IMG/VR virus record: IMGVR_UViG_3300011335_000320
Span: 1 to 41,988 of that record
DNA from: a virus
Lineage: Duplodnaviria > Caudoviricetes
Reading direction: 5' to 3' (one strand)
DNA length: 41,988 nt
Shown here: one piece after another, positions 1 to 9,779 of the stretch
Layout of the letters: each line of letters begins with the position of its first letter
Position numbering within the stretch: position 1 is the first letter of the stretch
Made by a program: the position numbers and the translations under genes
Notes under the pieces: generated by a model
The model's database searches: none
What the model was told of the DNA's origin: nothing
The model's input: only the letters and a program-made list of their open reading frames with translations

Positions 1-2
1 CG

Positions 3-533
3 TGTGAACAGGGGACTAGTACTCTTGTTCAGGGCACTGCTACGTACAACTTACCGGCAGACCCAGTTGATCTAATGGAGCAGGTGATCCGCACGGGCGC
101 GGGCAGTGCATAAACTCAGGCAGATCTTACTATCACCCGCATTAGTGTTTCTACTTATGCAACCATTCCCAACAAATTACAGCAGGCCAGACCTATTCAG
201 GTGTGGATTCAGCGCCTTCAGGACATTCCTACAATTACCGTTTGGCCTGTGCCAGATGGTTCGCAAACCTACACATTTGTGTACTGGCGTTTACGCCGCA
301 TAGACGACGCAGGAACTGGTGTAAACACAATGGACGTTCCTTTCCGTTTCTTGCCATGCATGGTGGCCGGATTGGCTTATTACCTTGCATTGAAGGTCAA
401 GGGTGGTACAGAGCGCTTACAGATCCTGAAGCAGCAATATGATGAAGCTTGGGACTTGGCAGCTACGGAAGACCGCGAGAAGGCTGCTGTGCGATTTGTG
501 CCCCGCCAGATGTTCATTGGTGGGAGTATGTAA
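3..533 (+). CDS. Virion head-tail adaptor / tail tubular protein A-like, 5' truncated by the window edge, with an in-frame TAA at 111-113
   Basis: The frame of ORF 201..533 continues upstream as plausible protein (EQGTSTLVQGTATYNLPADPVDLMEQVIRTGAGSA*TQADLTITRISVSTYATIPNK). The C-terminus DVPFRFLPCMVAGLAYYLA resembles podovirus adaptor proteins. Function is inferred. Confidence 0.55.
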
Positions 534-916
534 TGGGTAATCGGTTCGCAAACGGCATACGGGCGATTGCCGAGTGTGATCGATGCGGCCAACGTTTTAA
601 ATTAAAACAGCTCAAGACTGAGATCATTAAGCAACGTAAATACGAACTTCTTGTTTGCCCTGCGTGCTGGGATCCAGATCACCCGCAGTTAATGTTAGGT
701 ACATTCCCAGTAGACGATCCACAAGCCCTACGCAACCCGCGTAGAGATACAACTTATGTAACGGCTGGTGTAAACGTTGCGGGTAATCCAACGGGGGGTA
801 GTCGAGATATTCAATGGGGTTGGTCACCAGTTGGTGGAGCCAGTCAATTTGATACAGTTCTAACACCAAACTACTTGGTTTCTAGAGCAATTGTTGGTAC
901 AGTCACTATATCTTAG
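533..916 (+). CDS. Conserved phage protein with CxxC...CxxC zinc-finger motif
   Basis: ATG at 533 overlaps the upstream stop (TAATG); contains CDRC and CPAC. Confidence 0.7.
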   Translation: MGNRFANGIRAIAECDRCGQRFKLKQLKTEIIKQRKYELLVCPACWDPDHPQLMLGTFPVDDPQALRNPRRDTTYVTAGVNVAGNPTGGSRDIQWGWSPVGGASQFDTVLTPNYLVSRAIVGTVTIS

Positions 917-926
917 GAGTTTAAAC

Positions 927-1112
927 ATGGCATATACAAAATCAGCTGATGGCGTTGCTAAAAAAGGCAAAACCTCTGTTCAAGTCTTCCCCAACAGTGG
1001 CCCGTCAAAAGGCGCTGATAAGGGTGGTAAAAAGTCTTCTGGCGTAACTAGCGAAGCCATGATGAAGGTTGGCCGTAACATGGCACGTGTAAACAACCAA
1101 CGTGGTGGTTAA
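927..1112 (+). CDS. Small basic hypothetical protein (structural module)
   Basis: AGGAG Shine-Dalgarno, then GTTTAAAC, then ATG; Lys/Gly-rich. Confidence 0.65.
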   Translation: MAYTKSADGVAKKGKTSVQVFPNSGPSKGADKGGKKSSGVTSEAMMKVGRNMARVNNQRGG

Positions 1113-1114
1113 TC

Positions 1115-1387
1115 GTGGCTAAGTACAGTCAAAAATTAATGGGTAAAGAAGTTGGCCAAGCCAGCGTTTATGCGGAGCCTCACACTATGACCGGTAAAAA
1201 AGTAAAAGCATCAACCACGCCCGGAAAATCTTCTGGGTTAGAGACTTTGTCAGCCATGCAGCCTCGTATGAGTGTTGGCATGTACAACAATTCTCAAGGT
1301 AAAGATCAAACCAAAACCAGCGGTATTAAAATTCGCGGCACAGGCGCTGCTACCAAAGGTACGATGGCTCGCGGCCCTATGGCTTAA
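1115..1387 (+). CDS. Small basic hypothetical protein (possible core/DNA-binding virion protein)
   Basis: Tightly packed ORF; basic C-terminus KTSGIKIRGTGAATKGTMARGPMA. Confidence 0.65.
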   Translation: MAKYSQKLMGKEVGQASVYAEPHTMTGKKVKASTTPGKSSGLETLSAMQPRMSVGMYNNSQGKDQTKTSGIKIRGTGAATKGTMARGPMA

Positions 1388-1394
1388 GGTTTAT

Positions 1395-2063
1395 ATGGCA
1401 ACACTAGGTTCGTTGACTTACGCACAGTTGGTGACTGCGGTAACTGATTACACGCAGAACACTTTCGACACGACTGACATGAATACCATGATTCAGCAGG
1501 CGGAGCAGCGCATCTATAACACGGTGCAGCTGGCTAACTTACGTAAAACATCGACCACGTCTTTAACGCCCAGTGTAAACACCTTTAATGCGCCTACAGA
1601 CTTACTGTCCGTGTATTCGTTTGCTGTGATTGACGCTAGTGGGAACTACATTTACTTGCTGAGTAAAGACCCAGCGTTTATGCAAGAGGCGTATCCTAAT
1701 CCTGCTACAACAGGGACACCAAAGTACTATGCACTCAACGGCCCTGCATCACCTATAACGCAGTTACAGTTCATCCTTGGGCCTACCCCTAGTGCTGCGT
1801 TGGTAACAGACTTAAGTTATTTCTACATGCCTGAGTCTATTGTTACCGCTACGACAACATGGCTTGGTACTAACTTTAGTTCTGTATTGTTGTACGGAAC
1901 TTTGTGCGAAGCAGGTACATACATGAAGAGCGGGCAAGATGACGGCATGTACAAACTGTATCAGGAGCGATATGTACAAGCGATTGCGTTGCTTAAAAAC
2001 CTTGGCGATGGTAAACAGCAAACTGACACCTACCGCAGTGAATCAAGGACAGAAGTCTCATGA
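1395..2063 (+). CDS. Virion structural protein, adaptor/tail tubular-like
   Basis: ATG at 1395 chosen because it follows the previous stop. Motifs TYAQLVTAVTDY, IQQAEQRIY, GTPKYYA and TTWLGTNFSSVLLYGTLCEA resemble phage adaptor-type proteins. Confidence 0.6.
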   Translation: MATLGSLTYAQLVTAVTDYTQNTFDTTDMNTMIQQAEQRIYNTVQLANLRKTSTTSLTPSVNTFNAPTDLLSVYSFAVIDASGNYIYLLSKDPAFMQEAYPNPATTGTPKYYALNGPASPITQLQFILGPTPSAALVTDLSYFYMPESIVTATTTWLGTNFSSVLLYGTLCEAGTYMKSGQDDGMYKLYQERYVQAIALLKNLGDGKQQTDTYRSESRTEVS

Positions 2064-2479
2064 GCATAGTTCAAGGTCAAACCACAAGTTTCAAAGCGGA
2101 GTTGTACCAAGGTATACATGTGCTTACCACAGACGTTATCAAGATTGCCTTGTACACGGCGAGCGCCGATCTGAATGCGGATACCACAGTGTATTCGAGT
2201 TCAAACGAAATAACGGGCGGCACTTACTCGGCTGGTGGTCTACAACTAACGCCGGTGACTGTTTTGTCCTCTACATCTGATGCAACTGCATATGTAGGCT
2301 TTCCCAATGTTTCGTGGTCTGGTTTAATGACTGCGCGGTGCGCATTGATCTACAACTCAAGCAAAGCTAATCGGTCTATTGCCGTATTAGATTTTGGTAG
2401 TGATAAAACTTCTACAACGTTTACAATCACAATGCCTGCCAATACATCAACAACAGCGTTGATTCGCAGCTCATACTAG
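2060..2479 (+). CDS. Virion structural protein
   Basis: ATGA overlap; TSFKAEL...KIALYT...YSAGG...AVLDFGSDK beta-rich pattern seen in phage tail-region proteins. Confidence 0.6.
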   Translation: MSIVQGQTTSFKAELYQGIHVLTTDVIKIALYTASADLNADTTVYSSSNEITGGTYSAGGLQLTPVTVLSSTSDATAYVGFPNVSWSGLMTARCALIYNSSKANRSIAVLDFGSDKTSTTFTITMPANTSTTALIRSSY

Positions 2480-2488
2480 GGGTAATAA

Positions 2489-3154
2489 ATGACCACCGCA
2501 TTTTCATCACTGATTGGTTTAGCTTTACCCGTAGAAGGGGAGCTTGACGGCACATGGGGCGACGTTGTCAATAATGCCACAACCAGCTATTTAGATATTG
2601 CTATTGCTGGTACACAAACCTTGTCTACCAACGCAGATGCCACACTGGTTCAAACTTTTGGTACGGATTTAGCTACCAACATTGGTTCTACTACAGCGCA
2701 GTATGCTGTTATCAGGTGGACAGCCAGCAACGGAGCCACTACACGTAACATCAACGTACCTAATAGCAGCAAGACTTACGTAGTCATCAACGACGGTACA
2801 GGCTCAATTGTTTTGCGGGGTGTAACAGGCCCAACAACAGGCATTACGATTGTTTCTGGTGAGAAATGCATAGCGGCTTGGAATGGCTCTGATTTTGTAA
2901 AGATTTCTACAAGCACTGCGTTGACTGGTACAGTACCTGTTGCCAACGGCGGTACAGGGCTTACTACAACGACCGCATACAGTGTGGTCTTTTCGGGTAC
3001 AACTGCTACTGGCAATTTCCAAGCGTCTGCTGGCCCCGGTACAACTGGATACCTTCTTACAAGTAATGGTGCTGGAGCGTTACCAACGTTCCAAGCTAAC
3101 ACAGGTATTACAACAGGTAAATCTATCGCTATGGCGATGATCTTTGGCTTCTAA
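2489..3154 (+). CDS. Tail fibre-like protein
   Basis: Thr/Gly-rich; contains the VPVANGGTG and LTSNGAGALPTF fibre motifs. Confidence 0.6.
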   Translation: MTTAFSSLIGLALPVEGELDGTWGDVVNNATTSYLDIAIAGTQTLSTNADATLVQTFGTDLATNIGSTTAQYAVIRWTASNGATTRNINVPNSSKTYVVINDGTGSIVLRGVTGPTTGITIVSGEKCIAAWNGSDFVKISTSTALTGTVPVANGGTGLTTTTAYSVVFSGTTATGNFQASAGPGTTGYLLTSNGAGALPTFQANTGITTGKSIAMAMIFGF

Positions 3155-3163
3155 GGAACTGAA

Positions 3164-3556
3164 ATGGCAAATCCAAATATCGTAGCCGTAACGACAATCT
3201 ACGGCACAACCACGTACTACACACCAACAGGTACAACTGCTGTTGTGTTGCTACCTAATGCAGCATCAAGCGGTAAGGTGTTTAAAATTAACCAAATTGT
3301 TGTTGCAAATGGCACGGCTTCAGCCGCTAATACAACTGTTTCAATTTATAGCAATGGCGCGGTAGCGCAAGGTTCAGCCCCATCAGGCGGTACAGCGTAT
3401 CCAGTGGTAAATACAGTTTCAGTACCCGCCAATGCGTCTTTGATTGCTGTTGATAAGACCACTGCTATTTATTTGATGGAAGGTACTTCCATAACCATTA
3501 CATCAGGCACGGGCAGTGCGCTGTCTTACACAATTAGCTACGAAGACATTTCATAA
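3164..3556 (+). CDS. Tail-associated structural protein
   Basis: AAGGA Shine-Dalgarno; beta-rich 130-aa protein located between fibre genes. Confidence 0.55.
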   Translation: MANPNIVAVTTIYGTTTYYTPTGTTAVVLLPNAASSGKVFKINQIVVANGTASAANTTVSIYSNGAVAQGSAPSGGTAYPVVNTVSVPANASLIAVDKTTAIYLMEGTSITITSGTGSALSYTISYEDIS

Positions 3557-3564
3557 GGTCTGAC

Positions 3565-4569
3565 ATGAGCAGGCGTTACAAAGGCGGGGTAATTTCCGCT
3601 ACCGCTCCCATAACATCATCTAGCGAAGCAAAAGGTGTATGGACGCTTTCGCAACAACTTCAAGCCACTGCGGGTAGTGGGTGGCCAAGAGTGGCTGGTC
3701 AACAAGCTTATACGTCAGCAGGAACTTACACATGGACTTGTCCAGTAGGTGTAACTTCTATTTGCGTTGTTTGTATTGGCGGTGGAGGTTCTGGTGCTAC
3801 TGGAAAAACATCTACCAAAACTAATGGCGGTGGCGGTGCTGGTGGCGGTCTTTCTTATCTGAATGACTACGCTGTCACAGCAGGAAACACTTATACAGTT
3901 GTTGTGGGTGCTGGTGGTGCTGTTGGTTCTAATGGAACTGAGGCCAATGGTAACGCAGGTGGTGATAGCTACTTTGTTAGCGGTAGCGTTGCAAGAGGTA
4001 CAGGCGGTGGCGGTGGTGTCGCTGGTGGATCAGGAGGCGCAGGAGGCACTAATGGCGCAACTGGTGCATCTGCTGGTGCTACTGGCGGCGCAGGTGGAAA
4101 TGGCGGTACTACCAATTCCCTTTATTCAACATTATCATATGGGGGTGCAGGTGGTGGTGGTGCTGCTGGTTATTCTGGTGCAGGTGGTGCAGGTGGTACT
4201 GCTGGAAGTATTGATGGTGCTAATGGTTCTGGTGGTGGCGGTGGTGGTGGTATGTCACTACCTGTAAGTGGTGCTAGTCCGGGTGGTGCTGGTGGCGGTA
4301 CTGGAATCTTAGGGCACGGAACTGGTGGGGCTGGTGGTACGCGCACTATTTATGACTCAGGTGGCCTTGGTGGCTTTGGTGGTTCTGGTGGTACGGATGG
4401 AGGTGCGTATGGTGGTTCTGGAGGCTCTTATGGCGGTGGTGGTGGTGGTGGCTATTGGTATCAATTTGGAAGTGGCCCAATCATCGGTGGAGTAGGTGGT
4501 GGTGGAGCAGTAAGAATTATTTGGGGCACTGGACGATCCTTTCCCTCAACAAATACAGGTGATTTGTAA
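3565..4569 (+). CDS. Glycine-rich tail fibre / receptor-binding protein
   Basis: WTCPVGVTSICVVCIGGGG ... GGGGAVRIIWG glycine-rich domain, preceded by a ~40-aa N-terminal module shared with the next gene. Confidence 0.65.
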   Translation: MSRRYKGGVISATAPITSSSEAKGVWTLSQQLQATAGSGWPRVAGQQAYTSAGTYTWTCPVGVTSICVVCIGGGGSGATGKTSTKTNGGGGAGGGLSYLNDYAVTAGNTYTVVVGAGGAVGSNGTEANGNAGGDSYFVSGSVARGTGGGGGVAGGSGGAGGTNGATGASAGATGGAGGNGGTTNSLYSTLSYGGAGGGGAAGYSGAGGAGGTAGSIDGANGSGGGGGGGMSLPVSGASPGGAGGGTGILGHGTGGAGGTRTIYDSGGLGGFGGSGGTDGGAYGGSGGSYGGGGGGGYWYQFGSGPIIGGVGGGGAVRIIWGTGRSFPSTNTGDL

Positions 4570-5940
4570 ATGAGCGCAAGATACCCCGGCGGGTTTATCA
4601 CAAAAACACCTACAGCACCGACATCGTCGGCTGCTCCGGGGATATGGACGCTAGATCAGGCCATGCAGAATCAGAAAGCTGGCAACTGGCCCGTACCTAT
4701 TACATATTGGATTGGGCGTAGCACTAATGCGTCGGCATCTCAATTTCTTGGTAATGGCATTGCTCAAGATACTAGTGGAAATATCTATACTACGGGGTAT
4801 TTAACTATTACTAATTTAACAATTTTTTTAATTAAATTTAATAGCGCTGGCGTTATTCAATGGCAAAGAAATTTAACCGGTTCAGGTAATTGTTTTGGTT
4901 GGGATATTGCAGTAGATTCAAGCAATAATATTTATGTTAGTGGTCTTTCAACAAATTCTAATCAAGAGGGGGTAGTGGCAAAATATAATAGTTCCGGTAC
5001 TTTGCAATGGCAGAAAAAAATTGGTACTAGTGGATTAAATAGTGATTTTAGAGGAATAGCAGTAGATTCAAGTGCTAATTCGTATGGTGTTGGTTATGCA
5101 AACTCTCGCGCTCAGATTGTAAAATACAATACAAGCGGCACTCTTCAATGGCAAAGAAAATTAAATGAAGTTAGCGCTTGGTATGGTGCTCAAGTTGATT
5201 CTACAGCCGCAAATGTGTACGTTGGTGGTTACTATCAAACTGGAGCTGATGATTTTGGTCTAATAGCTAAAATAGATAATTCTGGTACTTTGCAATGGCA
5301 AAGATCTTTGGGTACTGCTGGAAGATATACTTCCATTAGAGGTTTAGTTTTGGACAGCAGTGATAATGTTTATGTCGTTGGGCGCAGTGGTGTAGGTTTT
5401 GGAGCTGAGTCAATAATAATAGCTAAATACAATAGTTCTGGAACACTCCAATGGCAACGGTCGCTTAATAGCGCTAGTGCAGATCTAAGTAATAGCATTA
5501 CAGTAGATTCCAGCGGCAATTCGTATATTTCCGGTTATCAAACTAGTACCAACGAAGTAATGATATTAGCTAAATATAATTCGTCTGGCACTATCCAATG
5601 GCAAAGAAGTATTAGCAGTAGCGGTATTGATGTTGCGGCAGGATCCAATGGTGGTGTTTCGTTGGATTCTAATTTAACACTTTACGTTAATGGGTATACA
5701 ACACAGGGCGGCAGTTATACCCAGTTTTTTTGTAAATTACCTAATGACGGGTCACTCACTGGAACTTATTCATTAAGCGGGACAAACTATGTTTACGCGG
5801 CTTCTTCATTAACTGATGCCGCAGGCACTTTGACAGATGCTGCAGGGACTCGGACTGAAGCAACTACAACTTATACAGATAATACTGATACATTAACTGA
5901 TGCAGCAACTAGCAGTGTTACCACCATTACTAATTTATAA
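4570..5940 (+). CDS. Beta-propeller repeat protein, putative receptor-binding protein
   Basis: About 6-7 repeats of IAVDSS.NxY...AKYNSSGTLQWQR; the DNA is visibly AT-richer than its flanks. Confidence 0.7.
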   Translation: MSARYPGGFITKTPTAPTSSAAPGIWTLDQAMQNQKAGNWPVPITYWIGRSTNASASQFLGNGIAQDTSGNIYTTGYLTITNLTIFLIKFNSAGVIQWQRNLTGSGNCFGWDIAVDSSNNIYVSGLSTNSNQEGVVAKYNSSGTLQWQKKIGTSGLNSDFRGIAVDSSANSYGVGYANSRAQIVKYNTSGTLQWQRKLNEVSAWYGAQVDSTAANVYVGGYYQTGADDFGLIAKIDNSGTLQWQRSLGTAGRYTSIRGLVLDSSDNVYVVGRSGVGFGAESIIIAKYNSSGTLQWQRSLNSASADLSNSITVDSSGNSYISGYQTSTNEVMILAKYNSSGTIQWQRSISSSGIDVAAGSNGGVSLDSNLTLYVNGYTTQGGSYTQFFCKLPNDGSLTGTYSLSGTNYVYAASSLTDAAGTLTDAAGTRTEATTTYTDNTDTLTDAATSSVTTITNL

Positions 5941-5952
5941 AGATGCAACACC

Positions 5953-6045
5953 ATGTGGGACTGGATTGAAGCATTTATTGCCGCAGCCTGTGTAGCCTGC
6001 TTTATCATAGCGGGCAGTTATCTTGTTCTTTGGGCGTTCCCATGA
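5953..6045 (+). CDS. 30-aa single-pass membrane peptide
   Basis: Hand-translated as MWDWIEAFIAAACVACFIIAGSYLVLWAFP; its stop overlaps the next ATG (ATGA). Confidence 0.5.
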   Translation: MWDWIEAFIAAACVACFIIAGSYLVLWAFP

Positions 6046-6533
6046 TTGATCCGATTACAGCTCTAGCTGGCATACAGTCGGCTGTCAAACTCATTAAGCA
6101 GGCTTCAAAAACTGTTGATGACGTAGCCTCGCTTGCCCCTATGCTGGGCAAATACTTTGATGCCAAGTCCACCGCGTCCAAGGCCGCTGTAGAGGCTAAG
6201 AAGAAGGGTGGCTCCAGCATGGGAACAGCCCTGCAGATTGAGATGGCGTTGGATCAGGCGGTTTCCTTTGAGAAAGAACTGCAACTTCTGTTTTTCCAAG
6301 CAAACAAGGTGGACGTATGGAACAAGATCAAAGCCCGCGCACAGGCAATGGATGTGGAAGACGCACACAATGCTAGGCGTGAAAAAGAAGCTAACGCTAA
6401 GAAACAGGCCAAAGAGCAAGAGCAGTTAGAGATGGGCCTGTTGTTTGGTGGGATTGCGCTCATACTGTTCTTGGTGTATGTGGGTATTTATGAAGCAATG
6501 GAACACTGCGCTCAAGTAAAGTGTGGGCGATGA
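6042..6533 (+). CDS. Hypothetical membrane-anchored protein in the lysis region
   Basis: Starts MIDPITALA; coiled-coil followed by a C-terminal hydrophobic helix. Confidence 0.65.
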   Translation: MIDPITALAGIQSAVKLIKQASKTVDDVASLAPMLGKYFDAKSTASKAAVEAKKKGGSSMGTALQIEMALDQAVSFEKELQLLFFQANKVDVWNKIKARAQAMDVEDAHNARREKEANAKKQAKEQEQLEMGLLFGGIALILFLVYVGIYEAMEHCAQVKCGR

Positions 6534-6679
6534 ATGAGTACCAGAAGCAAGCAGATATGGCGTTCAAGATTGTCGGTGCGTGGTGGGGTGCTAACTTGTT
6601 TTTGGATGTAATTACAGTGTTGCCAAACTTTTTGTCGGACAGAATCGTGAATTACCTGTTGTCTTTACTTCCTTTTTAA
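6530..6679 (+). CDS. 49-aa hydrophobic peptide
   Basis: Hand-translated as MNEYQKQADMAFKIVGAWWGANLFLDVITVLPNFLSDRIVNYLLSLLPF; ATGA-coupled and fills the gap exactly. Confidence 0.5.
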   Translation: MNEYQKQADMAFKIVGAWWGANLFLDVITVLPNFLSDRIVNYLLSLLPF

Positions 6680-6688
6680 GGTTTAAAC

Positions 6689-7204
6689 ATGTTGACTCTA
6701 CTCTCAACCCTTATCAGTTTCTTAATGGGTGGTTTGCCCAAAGTTTTGGATTTCTTTCAAGACAGGGCTGACAAACTCCACGAGTTGGCGTTGGCTCGGC
6801 TGCAAATTGAACGTGAGTTAGAACTGCGTAAAGCGGGCTTTGAAGCTCAAGAGCGGATTGAACACATTAGGTCAGAACAGTTGGCAACGGAAAGCGCGGC
6901 CAATACCCAACAGGTTTTGATTGGGGCACAGCAAGCCGAGATGCAGGCAATCTACGCCCACGACACCTCGCTCAATGAAGGCACATCAACTTGGATGAGA
7001 AACCTCCGCGCCAGCGTTCGCCCAGTCATTACATACGGCTTCTTCTTTTTGTTGCTGTTTGTGGATGTGGGACTGTTTGCCTACGGTTGGCACAGCGGTG
7101 TTACTTTTGTAGAGTTGGCTGAGATGCTGTGGGACTCTGACACCCAAGCCCTGTTTGCTTCAATCATTGCGTTCCACTTTGGTGGTCGGGCGTTTGGCAA
7201 ATGA
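6689..7204 (+). CDS. Putative holin (3-TM GTA-holin-like)
   Basis: WMRNLRASVRPVITY and IIAFHFGGR motifs, hydrophobic helices, and direct coupling to the lysozyme gene. Confidence 0.6.
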   Translation: MLTLLSTLISFLMGGLPKVLDFFQDRADKLHELALARLQIERELELRKAGFEAQERIEHIRSEQLATESAANTQQVLIGAQQAEMQAIYAHDTSLNEGTSTWMRNLRASVRPVITYGFFFLLLFVDVGLFAYGWHSGVTFVELAEMLWDSDTQALFASIIAFHFGGRAFGK

Positions 7205-7677
7205 ACATCTCTGACAAGTGCCTGCACATGATTCGCCACCACGAGGGGGTTCGGGTAAACCCGTATAAATGCCCAGCAAAATTGTGGACAGTGGGCGTTG
7301 GGCATGTACTTTTTCCAGAGCAGGGTAAGCTAAAAATTGACGACCGTGACGCATTCCAACCACCCGCTGAAGCCATGCGGAAATACAGCATGGAGGAAGT
7401 AAATGCAATTCTTAGAGCAGATTTGGACAGATTTGAGCGGGGAGTGGAACGTTACTGCCCTGTTGCACTTACACAAGGGATGTTTGATAGTCTCGTTAGT
7501 TTTAGTTTTAATGTTGGGCTGGGAACGCTACAGCGCTCTACGCTTCGTCAAAAGGTTATTAGAGGCGATAAAGAGGGCGCAGCAGAAGAACTCTTGAAGT
7601 ATTGCATGGCGGGGGGTAAAATCCTCAAAGGGCTGCAAAAGCGTCGTATAGACGAACGCGCCTTGTTTCTATCCTAG
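7201..7677 (+). CDS. Endolysin, GH24 phage lysozyme
   Basis: HEG...PYKCPA..WTVGVGH catalytic region; FDSLVSFSFNVGLG; GLQKRRIDE. Confidence 0.9.
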   Translation: MNISDKCLHMIRHHEGVRVNPYKCPAKLWTVGVGHVLFPEQGKLKIDDRDAFQPPAEAMRKYSMEEVNAILRADLDRFERGVERYCPVALTQGMFDSLVSFSFNVGLGTLQRSTLRQKVIRGDKEGAAEELLKYCMAGGKILKGLQKRRIDERALFLS

Positions 7678-7685
7678 GACTGCCG

Positions 7686-9779
7686 ATGCCATTAAAGAAG
7701 CTTGCACTAAAGCCGGGGGTTAACCGGGAAAACACTCGGTATACCAACGAAGGCGGCTGGTATGAGAGCGATAAAGTACGCTTTCGTCAAGGTACTCCTG
7801 AAAAACTTGGTGGGTGGGTGCGTCTTTCCGCCAGTACATTTAGAGGTGTTTGCCGTTCTTTGTGGAACTGGGTAACACTGGGTGCGCTGAACCTAATTGG
7901 TGTGGGCACTAACTTAAAGTTTTACATCTCACGCGGTGGTGGTTACTACGACATTACGCCTATTAGAAGAACTGTAACGCTTAGTGCAAATCCATTTGTT
8001 GGAAACGGTACTACTACAGTCACCATTACAAACACAGCGCACGGCTGTTTAACAGGTGATTTTGTAACTTTTAGTGGCGCTACAGGCACATACGACACCA
8101 CGTTTAATGCGGAGTTTCAGGTTACCGTTGTTAGTGTAAACGTATACACAATTACAACTGGGATAGCAATTACTGCTGGCTCTTATGGTGGCGCGGCTGT
8201 GTCAGCGGCTTATCAAATTAATGTTGGCCCTGCATACGCAGTTCCATTAGTTGGTTGGGGTGGCGGAACATGGGGCGGTGGCACATGGGGTATTGGCGGT
8301 ACATCCATTTCTTCTATCCGTCTGTGGAGCCAAAACAACCTTGGTGAAGATTTAGTGTTTGCGCCATACCTTGGGAAAATCTATTACTGGGATGCCACTG
8401 GCGGTGTAACAACTCGCGGTGTGTTGTTGTCCAGTATTGGCGGCATAGTAACTTTAACTATTGCTTCCCCTTGTGTTATTACATTGACCAACGCACTACC
8501 TGCGGGGTCTGCAATTACTTTGGCTACAACTGGCGCATTACCAACCGGTTTGACTGCGGGCACTACATACTACCTATCTAACGTTTCTGGTTTAACAGCC
8601 AATCTTGTGGATTCTGCTGGAGCAACAATTACTACAACTGGATCCCAATCTGGCGTGCAGTCAATCTCTGTGTTGGGTGATGTTCCAACTATACAAAACT
8701 TTATTTTTGTATCCGACGCTAGTCGTTTTACGTTTGCTTTTGGATGTAATGACTACGGCTCTGCTGTGCAAAATCCAATGCTTGTGCGCTGGTCAGATCA
8801 GGAAAATCCAACCATTTGGTATCCAGCCAGTACAAACCAAGCTGGAAGCATTCAACTATCACATGGCTCCGCAATCGTGGCGGCTGTACAAACACGTCAA
8901 GAACTTGTAGTTTTTACTGATTCATCATTGTATTCGTTCCAATACCTTGGCCCACCCGTAATTTGGCAAACACAACTCTTGGGAGACAACATCTCCATCA
9001 TGGGACAAAACGCCGCAGTACTGGCTTCAGGTCGCGTGTACTGGATGGGTATTGATAAGTTCTATGTATATGACGGTCGTCTTCAGACTTTAAACTGCGA
9101 TTTGCGTAAATTTATTTATCAAGACATTAACTTGGCTCAAGCAGCGCAGGTTTTTGCTGGAACAAACGAAGGTTTTAACGAAGTGTGGTGGTTCTATTGT
9201 TCTGCTGACAGCACGGTAATTGACAGGTATGTCATCTATAACTACGCAGAAAATGACGGTAGAGGCGTTTGGTATTACGGCACTATGTCTAGGACAGCAT
9301 GGCTAGATTCAGGCTTGCGGGATTACCCAATTGGGGCTACATATACAACTGCAACTACGTCTGGCAATCTTGTTGATCATGAAAATGGTAATGACAATAA
9401 CGAAAGTGGCACTCCCATTGCAATTGAAGCTTACATATCCTCATCTGAGTTTGACATTGATGATGGCGACAGGTTTGGTTTTATCTGGCGTATGTTGCCG
9501 GACTTAAGCTTCTCCGGTTCTAACGGAGCATCCCCTGCGCAATTAACGCTAACTCTTTACCCAATGCAAAACTCAGGCTCTGGTACTGGTACTGCGGTTA
9601 CTGCGGGCGTAACTCAACTGACGGGCGCGTCATACCTCATTACTGAGGGCTTCACTGGCCAAGTTAATACACGGGTGCGTGGTCGTCAAATGATTCTCAA
9701 AGCATCTTCAGCAGATCTAGGCAGTGCTTGGCAGTTGGGTACAACTCGTATTGACATTAAACCGGATGGCAGAAGATGA
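7686..9779 (+). CDS. Tail nozzle / DNA-stabilisation-like protein (P22 gp10 or T7 gp12 functional class)
   Basis: 697-aa beta-rich protein with VRWSDQEN, YWMG and NEVWWFY motifs, located before the ejection-protein genes. Confidence 0.6.
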   Translation: MPLKKLALKPGVNRENTRYTNEGGWYESDKVRFRQGTPEKLGGWVRLSASTFRGVCRSLWNWVTLGALNLIGVGTNLKFYISRGGGYYDITPIRRTVTLSANPFVGNGTTTVTITNTAHGCLTGDFVTFSGATGTYDTTFNAEFQVTVVSVNVYTITTGIAITAGSYGGAAVSAAYQINVGPAYAVPLVGWGGGTWGGGTWGIGGTSISSIRLWSQNNLGEDLVFAPYLGKIYYWDATGGVTTRGVLLSSIGGIVTLTIASPCVITLTNALPAGSAITLATTGALPTGLTAGTTYYLSNVSGLTANLVDSAGATITTTGSQSGVQSISVLGDVPTIQNFIFVSDASRFTFAFGCNDYGSAVQNPMLVRWSDQENPTIWYPASTNQAGSIQLSHGSAIVAAVQTRQELVVFTDSSLYSFQYLGPPVIWQTQLLGDNISIMGQNAAVLASGRVYWMGIDKFYVYDGRLQTLNCDLRKFIYQDINLAQAAQVFAGTNEGFNEVWWFYCSADSTVIDRYVIYNYAENDGRGVWYYGTMSRTAWLDSGLRDYPIGATYTTATTSGNLVDHENGNDNNESGTPIAIEAYISSSEFDIDDGDRFGFIWRMLPDLSFSGSNGASPAQLTLTLYPMQNSGSGTGTAVTAGVTQLTGASYLITEGFTGQVNTRVRGRQMILKASSADLGSAWQLGTTRIDIKPDGRR

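Noticed and set aside
3780-4510. GGT/GGC-rich DNA resembling a second GGY array
   Set aside because: The period is 3 and in frame with glycine codons of the tail-fibre gene, not the period-5 grammar.
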